Shown here: positions 36,428 through 48,611 of the stretch, piece by piece
Numbering within the stretch: the stretch's first letter is position 1
Layout: each line of letters opens with the position of its first letter
NCBI RefSeq assembly: GCF_006345805.1
Contig: NW_021833690.1
Location: 1 to 55,904, forward strand
Direction of reading: 5' to 3'
Source: Octopus sinensis
Taxonomy: Eukaryota
Length of the DNA: 55,904 bases
Translations under genes and position numbers: made by a program
Notes under the pieces: model-generated
What the model was told of the DNA's origin: nothing
The model's input: only the letters and a program-made list of their open reading frames with translations
Database searches by the model: none

Positions 36428-36989
36428 ACAAAACGTATGTATGTATAATATATTTATACATTACATATATCTGTAACTTTGTGTGTATGCTTGCGTGTAT
36501 GTGTATGTATGCGCACATAAGCGCATACTCGAAATGATGTGTGTCAGAAATTGTGTTGCCATGGGGCATAGCTTGAAAAAGTAGGGAAGTGACTGCATGA
36601 CTTTTTAAAACGTAGGATTTAGTCAATTACAACAAGGGTTCTTTCTTCCAAGGGACATCAGTTTGTAGTGGACCCCACTAAGGGAACCATAATGCAACCT
36701 GTACTCTTTGTAGTGGCTCTCAGACCTGCCCTCATTTATACAGTTAGCCACTCTTACCTGCTCTGCGGGACATGCAAAAGTTTCACCGCCATTCAAAAAC
36801 CCTGAAGATTATGCTAGACTATAGAAAAGCCAGAAAGCGATATGTAAGTAGATGAAAAAATATCTGGTTTTTCTATAAGCGTAGCCTTCAGGGCTTTTGA
36901 ATGTCTGTGAAACCACATTTGAATGGGTATAAAAAAAGAACACAACTATATAGGAAAAAAACTGATTATATTTCTAAAATCTACAGAAA

Positions 36990-37875
36990 AAATACTTTTG
37001 TTTTAATGGATTTTAAAAACTATATCAGACAAATGGTGGCTGTTGTTGGCAATATATTGATGGAGTCGTTCCTGGAAGTTCTCTATGACCCCACGTGTCA
37101 TCTCAGGTGCCAGTTTCTTGTCTGATTGTTTCCTTTAAATCCTCAAGAGTTCAAGAGTGATGTCGGAAAACCTTTTCCTTTAAGTATCTCAAATGGTAAA
37201 AATCACAAGGGCTTAAATCTAGTATCCTTGCCAGCCACCCAACGTCTTCGCTAAAAGGGATCAAACGCCCGGGAAATATTTCCCTCGACACTCCGAGTGA
37301 ACATCATGTTGTGTGAGCTGTGGCCCCATCCTGTTGAAACCACACGTGTTCAGCATCCAAATAGTCCAGTTTGGGGCGCAGAAAGGCGTCCAACATTACA
37401 ACATACCAGCCTAAAGTAATAGTTACTGTTGCACCGTCTTCAAGAAAGTATGGGCCAATCACACCAAAGTCGGCAACTGCAAACAGTTATGCGAGGAAAG
37501 TGAAGTGGTCATTGGTTGAGTTGATGAGGATTATGTTGAGTCCAATAGCGAAAATTCTGCTTGTTTACAGCTCCATTGATATGGAAATGAGCCATATCGG
37601 TACTCAGAAGAACAGCTGCAGTAAGAACTTGTGCAAGAATATTCGCATGTACGGCTCGGCAATTCTTATGATCTGTTTGAGTTAAATTCTTGAACCAAAA
37701 CCATTTTGTAAGGATGCAGTTTCAAACCGGCACGCAGACTCCTCCTCAAACTCCAATTTGATATCCCTCGTGCTACACTAATGAGCGCAATGCTTTGAGG
37801 ACTGCAGAATGGATGCTCTTACTGCTGTAATACTTTCTGGAGTACTAATGGTCCTAGGGAACGACTCCATTAATG
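36990..37875 (-). mobile_element. Degenerate Tc1/mariner transposase, DD41D spacing (rosa-type)
   Basis: Minus strand PRTISTPE, LHPYK, VNKQNF.YW, WFQQDGATAHT...FPGRLI...DLSPCD with 41 residues between the second and third Asp; internal stops. Confidence 0.8.
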
Positions 37876-38288
37876 TATAGCCAAGAACAACCATCATTTA
37901 TCTGAAATACTTTTAAAAATCCAGTAAAACAAAACTATTTTTTATGTACTTTTTAGAAATATAAGCAAAATTTAGATAAAATTTAAAATAACAAAAATAA
38001 AATGGAAAAGAAGATAAAGCATTCTCATTGGGACATTCAACAGAACGTATGGTAAAATAAAACTTGTGTTGTTAAGGGTATGATTAAGAAAAGGAGAAGA
38101 AAAAAACATTTATTTAGGCTTAAAGGAGAAAACGTTCGGACGTGGGAGTGGAATCATAACGTGTTCTTCGTGTTTCCTGAATTGCATTGGTTTGTAGTGG
38201 GCAAACACCAGATACTGAGATGTGGTTTAAAGGGGCGACCCGGCTGGCTGAATTGTCGAGCCATGGGCTGGCTCGAAGTGCTCTAGGG

Positions 38289-38520
38289 CAGTGCTACGCA
38301 AAGTGGTGGTCCGCGGACCGGTGCCGGTCCTCGAGTCAATAGCTGCCGGTACGCCGCGAGTTTCTAGAAAAGAAAGAAACAACAGCATAATTTTAGTAAT
38401 TTCGCATTATGCACTGCAGTTAACAACGTATCAGCTTATGTAATATCGTATTATTTGCTTACAAAATAAATATAAGATAAAGAAATTGTCAACTTTTATT
38501 ATATTCATTATATATAGTTT
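38289..38520 (+). mobile_element. hAT (Charlie/MER5-like) 5' end
   Basis: CAGTGCTACGCAAAGTGGTGGTCCGCGGACCGG preceded by the 8-mer CTCTAGGG, similar to the hAT NTCTAGAN target preference; right end not found. Confidence 0.55.
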
Positions 38521-38574
38521 CCAGTATAAATTAATATTTTCTACTCTTGGCACAAGGTCCGAAATATTTGGAGA

Positions 38575-38648
38575 GGGAAGGATGAAAGGCAAAGTCGACC
38601 TCGGCGGAATTTGAACTCTGAACGTAGCGGCAGACGAAATACCGCTAA
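38575..38648 (-). mobile_element. SINE family B fragment
   Basis: GGATGAAAGGCAAAGTCGACCTCGGCGGAATTTGAACTCTGAACGTAGCGGCAGACGAAATACCGCTAA. Confidence 0.8.
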
Positions 38649-38657
38649 CAATATCCC

Positions 38658-39814
38658 ACAATGCATTTGCTGTACCAGTGCTGATCCCAACATTTGGGAT
38701 ACTTAATTGGTCTGTAGAGAAAATCTACTCCATAGATATCAAAACCTGCAAACTCCTGACAACAACTGGGAACTTTCAGGCTCTACCTAAGAAGAAATGA
38801 AGGTGGTAGAAGCTTGAGATTAGTGCAGACAGCCCTCGAATGCCATATAGTATCACTCAGGTAGCACTAGCTGAACAGCAGAAGCAAAATTAAAGATATG
38901 AATGCAGTGCTGAAAAGGGAAGTGAGTAACATTGTACGAGTTAGCACTGAGCTCCTCAAGAAGCACTCTCTACCTGATCTCCTATACAGTCCAGAAACAG
39001 CTGGGCTCTCTTACCTCGGAGAAGACCGGGATGGAAAACACTCAGCATACGAAAAATAAAAAAAGACCATGCATGGGTATGTTGCCCGGAAGCTTGAAGA
39101 AGACAATAAAATTGACACAAAGCACAGCCTGTATTAGACACAAGACAACTACATCACATCACACTTTGAAGGATATGCGTTTGCAATCCAGGTAGAAGAG
39201 ATTGCTACAAAGTACCAGGTGAGCAAGAGGGACAGTGACGTTCTTGTAATCCAAAGGTGCAACCGCATGTGTAGGCTATGTCATGTGATTAGCAGCTGTC
39301 CTAAAATGTCATCATGGTGCTACCTCCCTATGCGGCACGATGCTGTTACTAAAACAATTTACAATGCCATCTGCAAAAAAGACTGTACTGAAATAAACTT
39401 AGAAAATCCATCTGTTATCGAATACATTTATAAACACCAACTCAAAGAACTCTGGTGGAATATTCCCATCAAAACTTCTGTCAAATGTAAACATAACATG
39501 CCGGATATTGTTGTTTGGGAGAAGAGGCAAAGGTATGTACCGTCATAGAGGTCAGTTGCCCTGCAGATATAAATATCAAAGAAAAAGAAGATATCTATGG
39601 ACAACTGCTTCGAAACCTCCAGCTTCTATATCCAGACTATGAATTCATATTAATACCAATAATAATTAGAGCAATAGGTTTTGTTAGTAAATACTTAACG
39701 GAGAATCCAATTTTTTCAGAAAGAGAAATCGACCGGCTAATTCGTTCATTACAGGTGCAATCTGTGAGTGGAACAGTAAAAATATGCAAGACTTTTCTCA
39801 AGTTCCAAATATGA
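38658..39814 (+). mobile_element. Degenerate R4-like LINE 3' portion, different lineage from 25171-29180
   Basis: NAFAVPVL...LNW, FEGYAFAIQ.EEI.TKY, CRLC..ISSCPKM...RHDAV, KHNMPDIVVW, IEVSCPAD.N, GTVKICKTFLKF. Confidence 0.85.
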
Positions 39815-40765
39815 ATTTGTCTGTGTTAACTACATCGGAAAGATGGTGCCTTGTATCTTTCTTGGAAACCGGCTCCCTCCTCAGTGGATTTATAAGATTT
39901 ATATTAATTAAAAATAGAAGAGACATACACGCTTTGTCTTCCTTTCAAACACATATTTAAATACATATTTGAAAAGGGAGAAATAGTCAGGACTACAGAC
40001 GTACATGTTTATGTAGAGAGAAAGAGAGAAAGAGGGAGAGGAAGGAGAGAGAATGAGAGACAGAGGGAGAGGAGAGAGAAAGAGGGAGGGGAGAGGAGAG
40101 GAGAGAGAGGGAGAGAAGGAAAAAGAAAGAGAGCAAGAAAGAAAAAGAGTGAGGGGGAGATGGGGAGAAAGAGAGAAGGGAAGAATTAGAGCTAGAGAGA
40201 GAGGGAGAGAGATGCAAACCGGCACATATACTCAAAATCATGCACATTCTCACAAACTTAAACATTTTGAAACACACACGCGCACATATTTACAAGCCCG
40301 CACTCACACACACACACACACACAACCATTTAAGACCGTTTAATTCTTGTTTAGCATTATTGTTTTGGGAATCGTTTTTACTCAATGCTAATCATTGTTT
40401 TTAAAAAAACCATTTCCCTCGGCCGTTCACTCCACCACCACCACCACCACCACCAACAGCCTCTGTTTATCTACAGCCAAACGACGAACACGCGTGTTCT
40501 CGTTATCTACCAACAACAACAACAACGACAAAAACAACAACACCCTGCTACTATCTTCATCTTTTCGTTTTCCTTGCCTCCTATCGCTGTCGTAGTCTTT
40601 CATTCATGATCAATACATACCGGCTGATTACGTGATTTTACGGAGACAGCGTAAACAAAAGCACACAAACATGTTTGTCTGTCTGTCTGCAATTATATAC
40701 GTAAATATGTGTGTTAGTATCTATCTTCCTCTGTCTGTCTGTTTCTCTATCTCCCTCTCTCACCA

Positions 40766-40766
40766 G

Positions 40767-40841
<75 letters not shown>
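40766..40841 (+). repeat. (TCTA)n tract directly upstream of the Tx1-like LINE
   Basis: Direct reading. Confidence 0.9.
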
Positions 40842-40842
<1 letters not shown>

Positions 40843-41052
40843 ATGGACGGACGCTAGTCAAATCGGCTCCACGTAAGTTGGCCACTTTTACATGTTTAAA
40901 ACTCCTTGTTGTCAAATATTTTGGTTTAATCGTTGTGCAAGTTCATTCACTAAAAAACCTGAGAATTATTCACGTAGAATTCCGCCCCTGTATGGGCGAA
41001 ATTACCAAAAACTTTCAAAACTTTCGTGGGTTCCTTTTAGCCATTTTTCATT

Positions 41053-43001
41053 TTGAAAATGGCAACTAGAAACTACGTGGCTAGCCCGCCAGTCATGCGG
41101 AATGGTAGCGAAACACTATTGCTACCACTAGCTGCTAAACCTCGCAGCTTGAACACCGCTGTCACCACCACCATCACCAACACCACCACCACCAACAACA
41201 ACAACAAAACTAACGTCGCAAGACCATTCACCATCGCCGCGACCAGAGACATCAACTTAGATTTCCCCTCACTCCCTACACCACTTGTCGATGATAAAAG
41301 GACGGAGAAAGGGATTTCAAAAACGAATACAGACGAAAACAGGAATGCCAGCACCACCACCATCACCACCAACAACAACAACAACGAAATCGGCACAAAG
41401 CCGCCTACCAAAGAGAACACCGCCAACACCAACACCACTACCACGACTTCAACTGCTACAACTAACCCTTCTGCTGTTAACACAGCCAAAATTAAAACGA
41501 ATTTCGCGGATGCGACAAAACAGAAACGAACAATCGTAAAATTCACCACACAGGAAATAAACCTCACAAAAGCACTCTTCACCAAAGAAGGAGACAAATT
41601 GCATCTTCACATTCCACAACACATCGTGGAAAACACACAAAAAAAAGCAATAATCTACAAAGTAATAAACAAGAAAACAAGACGACCAGAAAATGCACCG
41701 CAGAAAAAAATTGAAAAATGCCTTCGTCCTGCATGGGACTCCAAGGAGTATATCAGTTGGGGAAATAAATTTGGCACAGTCCAAGTACGTTTCCTCAACG
41801 AAAATTTAGCAAAACGATTTTCCACATTGGAGCTGCATACAAACGACTTGGTAATGATACCAACCTACTTAAACCATGGAGTGACGAAAGTCCAAATAAA
41901 AAATGTACCCCCTGAAGTCGAAACACAATGGTTAGTCTCTGCCATCTGCTTTGAAATGGCAGAGACAAACATCCTTGAAATCGCTGTTCTAGGACAGAAA
42001 GACTATGTGGGAAAATCAATCCAATTCCTTCTTCAATTGGATGAAACAGCAAGGGAAAAATACCCACCACTATAGAACTGCCAGGAGGCTACAAACTTTA
42101 TGTAGTGGTAGAAGGCAGGCGACCACGCTGCTATTTGTGTGGAAGCAAAACACACTTGAAAAAGACGTGCCCAACCACTGCACACCAAGAGCAACAACAA
42201 CAACCACTACCACAACCAAAACACTTCGGTAAAAAAGCTCTACTACCCACACCACCATCAATACAGAAGACGACAAGAGAAGCACACCAAGCTAATCCGT
42301 CAACGCCCAAAAATTACTCAACACCTGAGAAAATACCAACACCACCAACAACAGCAAGAACCATAGGAACAGAAAAACAAAGAAAATACACAAAAACTGA
42401 TTCCCCTTCCCTTATACCGCACTCACCACACACAAACACTCAACAACCAACAGCAACGAAAACAACAGCACAACCACTTACACAAACATACATAGAAGCC
42501 TACAACATACCCCTACCCCCTACTGATTCCTCAGAAATTTCGTCGGAAGACGAAACCAGTGAGGAATGGCAAATAGCTACAAAAAGAAGGAAAATAAAGA
42601 GCAGAAACACAACCAAACCAAATGCAAACACAAACAAAGCAGGGGGAAATACATCTCCCGAAGACATTTCAAAACCCAACACAAACAGCCACGCCAACAC
42701 CACAAAAATATATACAGCAAACATGCTCACAGCTATAGACACCAAACACACAAATTTGATGGAATACATCAAATCAAAAACAAACATAACAGAAGATGAC
42801 ATAAAAACAAACAATCACCCATACACAACACCACCAGACCACAATAAAATATTACACATCTCCAAAAGTCTGCACCACACACTCAAAGGCATTTTCCCCA
42901 GTGCGGTTGGTAAATGCCAAAAATATCTCACATAGAAACTGTACTGGGATCTCCTCGAGGACAAACCAAAGGAGGAGAAAGCAAAGACTTTCGAGCAGTA
43001 A
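41053..43001 (+). pseudogene. Tx1 ORF1 (gag-like, one CCHC knuckle); frameshift near 42060 and in-frame TAG at 42933
   Basis: 41053-42075 continues in the -1 frame as KIPTTIELPGGYKLYVVVEGRRPRCYLCGSKTHLKKTC; after the TAG the frame stays open to TAA at 42999-43001. Confidence 0.75.
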
Positions 43002-43045
43002 GTAACCCTCTGTTCCTTTCACTTGTATTCTAATTCATTAGGATT

Positions 43046-46000
43046 ATGATCAAGATTGGTTGTGTAAATGCGCGTGGCTTGGGGTCCCCTTGGAAACAAG
43101 GGTACCTCTTAAATGACATAAAGTCACATAAGTTAGAAATCATAGCCATAAGTGAGACTAGACTCCACAATCTGCGGGCCTTAAAGACCATGTTTGGCGG
43201 ACAGTTCAACATTTATTTTTCCCCCTGTCTGCCAAGAATGGGCGGCAGTGGCACCGCGGTACTTTTTCGCAAGAGCGTGGATCTCGAAGTCAAGACGATA
43301 TTCGTAGACCCGGAGGATAGACTGGTCGTGCTGGATGTCGACGGCAGCAATGGGTGCGCTTTTCGACTCGTATCAGTCTATGCACCGCCTTTAACAGGTC
43401 GGCCGGATTTCTTTCAACGTCTAGAAGTATTCTTGGGAACGTCTCGTCCTTTACTCTTAGAATGCTACCTTGGACACGCATGTAGACTACGTGGGTAGAG
43501 ACAGGAATAGACGGGGATGCAAATGCCTCAGAGACCTGCTCAGACGCTTTCAACTGTCTGACGGGTTCTGACTAGACACACCCGAATGCGCCAACGTGGA
43601 CATGGAGCAACCGCATCGGGTTGTCGAGATCGTATCTAGATAGGATACTATGTAGGACAGTAGATAGAGATAGCATAGGATGTCCACAATTCCACATAGT
43701 CAGCTACACGGATCACAAACTTGTGACATATACGCTAGACTTAAGTAAGACACTTAGGCAGGGTCCCGGATACTGGAAACTAAACGCGTCTTTCCCATCG
43801 AGACAGGTTTTCAGAGACCGGATTAGCACACTAGTAAAGAGGGCTTTGACGGGAGCCATCATCAACAACAAATGGTGGTTTGCTCTCAAGAGAGCAGTAA
43901 AAGCAGAAGCGATTAGGTACAGCAAAACACCAGCCATAGATAGAAATAGAGTAGAGGGTGAGCTAGTTAAGAAGCTAGAAGAGGCAATTAGAAGCGGCAT
44001 CGCATCCGACGTTTTGGCGGCGAGGTTGGCCCTCGACCAACACTTCAACGCAAAACACGAAGGGTGTGCTGTCAGAGCTAGGATGCGTGCTCTAAGGAAC
44101 GAAGGTGTTGGAGCCGCGAGAGAGGCCCGGGTGGCAGAGGCGCAACAGGGTAACAAAGCCAGGTCTCTGGTAGATGAACAGGGGCGCGAATTGCTCGAGC
44201 CAAGTAAAATGTGTGAGGCCTTTCAACAGCATTTTGCCCGACTGTTCAGGACGAGTGGCGGGCAAGAACGTAGGGTGGACTTCAGTGCCTACCTACATAG
44301 CCTACCACGACTCTCGACAAGAGAGGCAGGGTGCTGCGAAGGTGCCATCACGGCGGCGGAAGTGCAGAACGCGATGGCAGAATGCTTGAGAGACAAATCA
44401 CCGGGTCATGACAACCTCCACCTGATGCGCTACATCATAGACAGGGTAGTTAACGAACCTGGCATGGGTGGGGCACTGATCAATTTGGATCAATCGAAAG
44501 CTTTCGATAGGGTGGAGCATCGATACTTGGAGGTAGTCCTCAGAGCGGCTGGCATCGGTCCCGTCTTCCGCGGCTGGATAGCCGCTTTGTACAGAGACAT
44601 CCGTTCGGTAATTCGCGTAAATGGACATCTATCGAGACCTTTCGACATCGCACGTTCGGTCCGTCAGGGATGCCCCCTCTCGTCGCTTCTATACGTATTG
44701 ACTCTCGAGCCAATATTGCGGAAGCTGGCAACTTTGAGGGGAATCCCGCGAGAACTGGGATGCGGGACGAGCGTGTCTGCATACGCGGACGACGTCACCG
44801 TCATAGTGTCTAGCCACGAGCACATCGAGCAGGTCGGCGAGACACTGAAAAACTACGAAGCGGTGACAGGAGCGAAAATCAACCGGGAAAAGTCAGTGGG
44901 CTTGCGACTAGGCACCTGGAGAAGCAAGCCCATGCCGTCCACCAGCGCCTCCGTCGTGGGATGCTGGACCGACGGCCCGGTCGAGTTGCTCGGAGTCTGG
45001 TTCGGTCCGGACCTCCAAGTGGAGAAGAACTGGAACGAGATAACGAGTAGAGTGGTCACTCTCGCCCGGCAATGGGCCGAGAGGAACTGTCCCTAAAAGG
45101 TCGAGCGGAGGTGGCGAACACGTACATCGCGTCCGTCATCTACTACCGCCTGACCGTCGTACCTTGTCCCGACCCTACCATCACCAAACTAGAACGCATT
45201 CTCTTTCGCTTCTTGTGGAAAGGATGCGTCCCGATGGTCAGGCGATCCATTTGCTGTCAACACCCGTTAAAAGGAGGACTGGGCATGCCGTGGTTGATGA
45301 TGCGCAGACACGCGCTGAGACTGCGACATCTCAGGCTCTTCGTAGATCACGGTGAACAGGTGTGGTGCCGTTTGTGAGGCACGCTTTCCCGCAGCTCGTC
45401 TCCATGACCGAACTGCAGTCGTGGATCAAAAAGAGGCCGAGGAAGGGCGAATGGCACTGCGAGTGTCGCGTTGCTCTCAAGCAACTCTGCCATCCTGGGT
45501 CGACCTTGAGTGACTTCATCACAACCAAAGCATTCTATAGGGGATTAGTGGAGGGGAGGTACGACGACGATCTCGGGGCGAACCTAGACGTCGACGAGGA
45601 GTACCTGACCCGCCTGTTCGGGACGACTTTCGGGCCAGGGCCCATGGACAACTTCCAGCGCTACCCGTTCGGGATAAGCTCTACAGACACGGCTCGAGAA
45701 ACACGGGGCCGACCTGCCCGAGATGTGGTCAGAGCGACGAAACCGTTCTGCACGCACTCGTGCAGCGTCCAACAATTTCTGACCTGTGGGCTTATGTCTT
45801 ACAACTGCTGTCACGTGTGGGATGAGTCGGTTTATCAGCTGAGTCTATCGTCAATATTGTCACGCCTCCTTCCTTCAAACGGGAAGGAAGAGCTATTTTC
45901 ATCATCCTTGTGGCTATGGCGAAAGAATGTATCTGGTGGACGCGTCTGAAAGGATTGGAGACAAACACTTTCCTCTCTGGTCAATCTCTCATCAACTTCT

Positions 46001-46133
46001 TCAAGTACCACTTGAAAAGGAAAGTGAGAGTAGAGAGGCAAGTTTTGTCTAGCGAATGTTTTAAAAAAGATGGGTGAATGTAGCAAGGATGGCACGTATG
46101 AATGACGAAGCCACCTTGAGCATAATCCTATGA
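43046..46133 (+). pseudogene. Tx1 ORF2 (AP endonuclease and reverse transcriptase), frameshifts and internal deletions
   Basis: ORF pieces 43046-43498, 43621-45096, 45072-45377 and 45362 onward; KSPGHD is joined directly to NLHLMR, so the early RT domains are missing. Confidence 0.9.
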
Positions 46134-46687
46134 ACCCAGTAAATGAAAACAGAGAGTTGCCCACTTGCAAACAAATGTGGTAACATATAACAATATTGAC
46201 CAAGGTTACCGTGGTCTTTTTCGTATATACCAAACTAGTTTCAACAATATTTTTTATTTGTCAATGGTAGAAGTTGAAAGTAATGAATTAGAAAAACATC
46301 TTTGTTTATCAATTGTAAAAGTTTAAAATTATGAATTAGAAAAACGTCTTTAAAAGTTTCAATGTTGACAAATTAAAATGTTTCAGTGTTGACAAATTAA
46401 CATATTGAAAACAGATAAATTTAGCATTATGAATTAGGAGGACGCGTGTAAGTTTGAATGTTCACAGCAGTCAATAAAATTAAAACTGCATATCAATTTG
46501 TTAGAATGTACAAAGTTCATTAATTTTAGTGGTGGTCGATAAGTCATACTAAAAAAAAAGGGGGGGGGGCGAAATGAAAATAGTAAAAAAAGGAATTTGG
46601 TTTACATTTTCTCTGATCCACTTTCTGAAAATGCTTTCGCTTGTATTTTAAACATTTACGAGTTTTTTTAGATTTAAGTGCATTTTC

Positions 46688-46833
46688 AACCCTAACTCTA
46701 ACCCTAACCCTCACCCTAACCCTAACACATTTTTTCCGTAACTCTCACCCTAAAACCCCAACCCTAACCCTAAAAGCCTAAGCCTAAGCCTAAAACCCTA
46801 AACCCTAAACCCTAACCCTAAAACCGTAACCGT
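46688..46833. repeat. Interstitial telomere-like repeat with variant units
   Basis: Interspersed CCCTAA, CCCTCA, CCCTAAA, GCCTAA and CCGTAA units. Confidence 0.8.
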
Positions 46834-47134
46834 AAGTACAGAAACGTTTTGAAATTTTTGTCCGAATGGTGATGTCCGTATTTTCCTGCATATTTATAAA
46901 AAAAATTCTTTAAAAAAAAATTTACAAAGATTTTTGGAAATCCATTTCAGAATCATAATCTCCGTATTTTTCTGCATATTTTGAAAAAAAAATATGAGAA
47001 AAAAAGTTTAAAATGAAGGAAATGAGGGTGGGAGTGGTAATTTAGAAATGTCGATTTTTGCCAATTTTTTTGCAGATTCGTATTCCCCGTAGCCGAAAAG
47101 GGGGTTTGTGTCGGAAAAAAAAATGTTTTAGAAA

Positions 47135-47159
47135 GGGGGGTTTTGGGTGGGGGGACGGG
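47135..47159 (+). other. Canonical G-quadruplex motif
   Basis: Four G-runs of 3 or more, separated by TTTT, T and AC. Confidence 0.5.
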
Positions 47160-47699
47160 CGGAAGTCTTGCCAAATTTTTTAGTCCCTTTAGCACAATTC
47201 TCTATAGCATGCTCAAAAATTGCAGAACTATTGTTCATCCCCATCTGTAATTGCGTAACCGAGTATAGCTCTCTTGTAGTGGTGATGGCACACAGCTGCT
47301 GACTATTTTCATCAAGCTCGATCTGCCGATATGCGTCGGTTGAGTTAGCGAAGTATCTTACACTACTTAGCTAGCTGAGCATCGTTTCTATTTGCGGCAA
47401 AGGATAAGCTTCCGTGCTTATCTTTTTATTTAGGTGAACTTTGTATCGAGACACATACATAGTCGTCCATTTTTCATTTTGATTTCAATACACGACGAAA
47501 TGTTCAAATTTTGAGCCAGGGCAAATGCAGGGAAAAATATTTTTGTTCAAAGTTTTTTAAAACAAATTGGCTAACTTTTGTTGACTCCCAGCGGAAGAGA
47601 CTGCCATTAACGTCAAGTCCAAAAAGTGTCACATGAAAATACTAAACGCATATATTAAGTACTTTTTTCTCGTATAGATGTACCATGGACAAGGAGCAT

Positions 47700-47985
47700 T
47701 TATACCACTTCTATTAACCACTTTCTTGGATAATGGAACTGCAACTACAACATCTTACATTTACTTTTATTCTCTTATTCCCCTTGATACTGCTTATTTC
47801 CACCCCTTTCCAAAATAACTCCTTATATTGAACTCTACTATTTTTCTCTATGTAACCATCTCACATCGTCACTGATGAAGAGATATCCCTAATATTCCAG
47901 AAACAGCTGTAAGACTAGATTTGACCTTTATAAATGTCTTGAAAATTCCACACAGCCTTGGCTTTGTTGTGTCATTTCACTTAAC
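47700..47985 (+). mobile_element. Penelope-like pseudo-LTR relic with a hammerhead motif at 47868-47915
   Basis: Pyrimidine-rich tract followed by GTCA-CTGATGA-...-GAAAC-AGCT-GTA-AGAC, with palindromic ACAGCTGT stem III. Confidence 0.6.
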
Positions 47986-47986
47986 A

Positions 47987-48020
<34 letters not shown>

Positions 48021-48031
48021 CATACATACAT

Positions 48032-48169
<138 letters not shown>

Positions 48170-48611
48170 TAAGTTCAGTAAAATTTATATGAATAAGGCA
48201 CCAGAATTTAGTATGGTATTATCCATATAATTCAAAATGGGTGATATAATTAAAATAAGCAACAAGGATATCCAGAGGTAATGCAGTGCGATCGTTTCAT
48301 GCGACTCCACTTAATTGAACAATGCAAATATTACATCAATTTTTAAATGTAGAGCTATCTTCAGCTGCATAAAAATATAGAATTTAGTTAAATTCGAAGG
48401 ATTCATTTGTATAGTTTTCTTATTATCCAAAATCCAAAAGAGGAATAGTTGTAACTGATATTTTTCACAGGAAGACACTACTTATCATTGATTTTATTTT
48501 GTTATTCAGATTTACTAATGGGGGGCGGGCGGGTTTAGTTCTAATTTATAGACTAGTTTATCAAGTCTAATAGAAACTAGAATTTATCTTTTATGGATAG
48601 GGTAAAAAGAC

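Larger units (their letters stand above)
40842..46222 (+). mobile_element. L1/Tx1-clade LINE: 5' UTR, ORF1 and ORF2 present, distal 3' UTR lost, several deletions
   Basis: ORF1 with CX2CX4HX4C; ORF2 with an APE start (NARGL, SETRLH, VYAP), GPGYWKLN, LDQSKAFDRV, RQGCPLS, YADDV, SLKGRAEVAN and GGLGMP. Confidence 0.92.

Noticed and set aside
37060-37870. 13-bp inverted match ATGGAGTCGTTCC within the DD41D relic
   Set aside because: Both halves lie inside coding remnants rather than at termini; likely coincidence.
42049-42063. Programmed -1 frameshift in Tx1 ORF1
   Set aside because: In-frame AGG GAA AAA is not a canonical X XXY YYZ heptamer, and the copy has many other indels; a homopolymer mutation or read error is simpler.
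41073-45059. Antisense and alternative-frame ORFs over the Tx1 element (likewise over Dong and CR1)
   Set aside because: Shadow ORFs of compositionally biased coding sequence.
48290-48365. Minus-strand CTGAAGA ... GAAACGATCG
   Set aside because: The core halves are about 60 nt apart with no clear stems.
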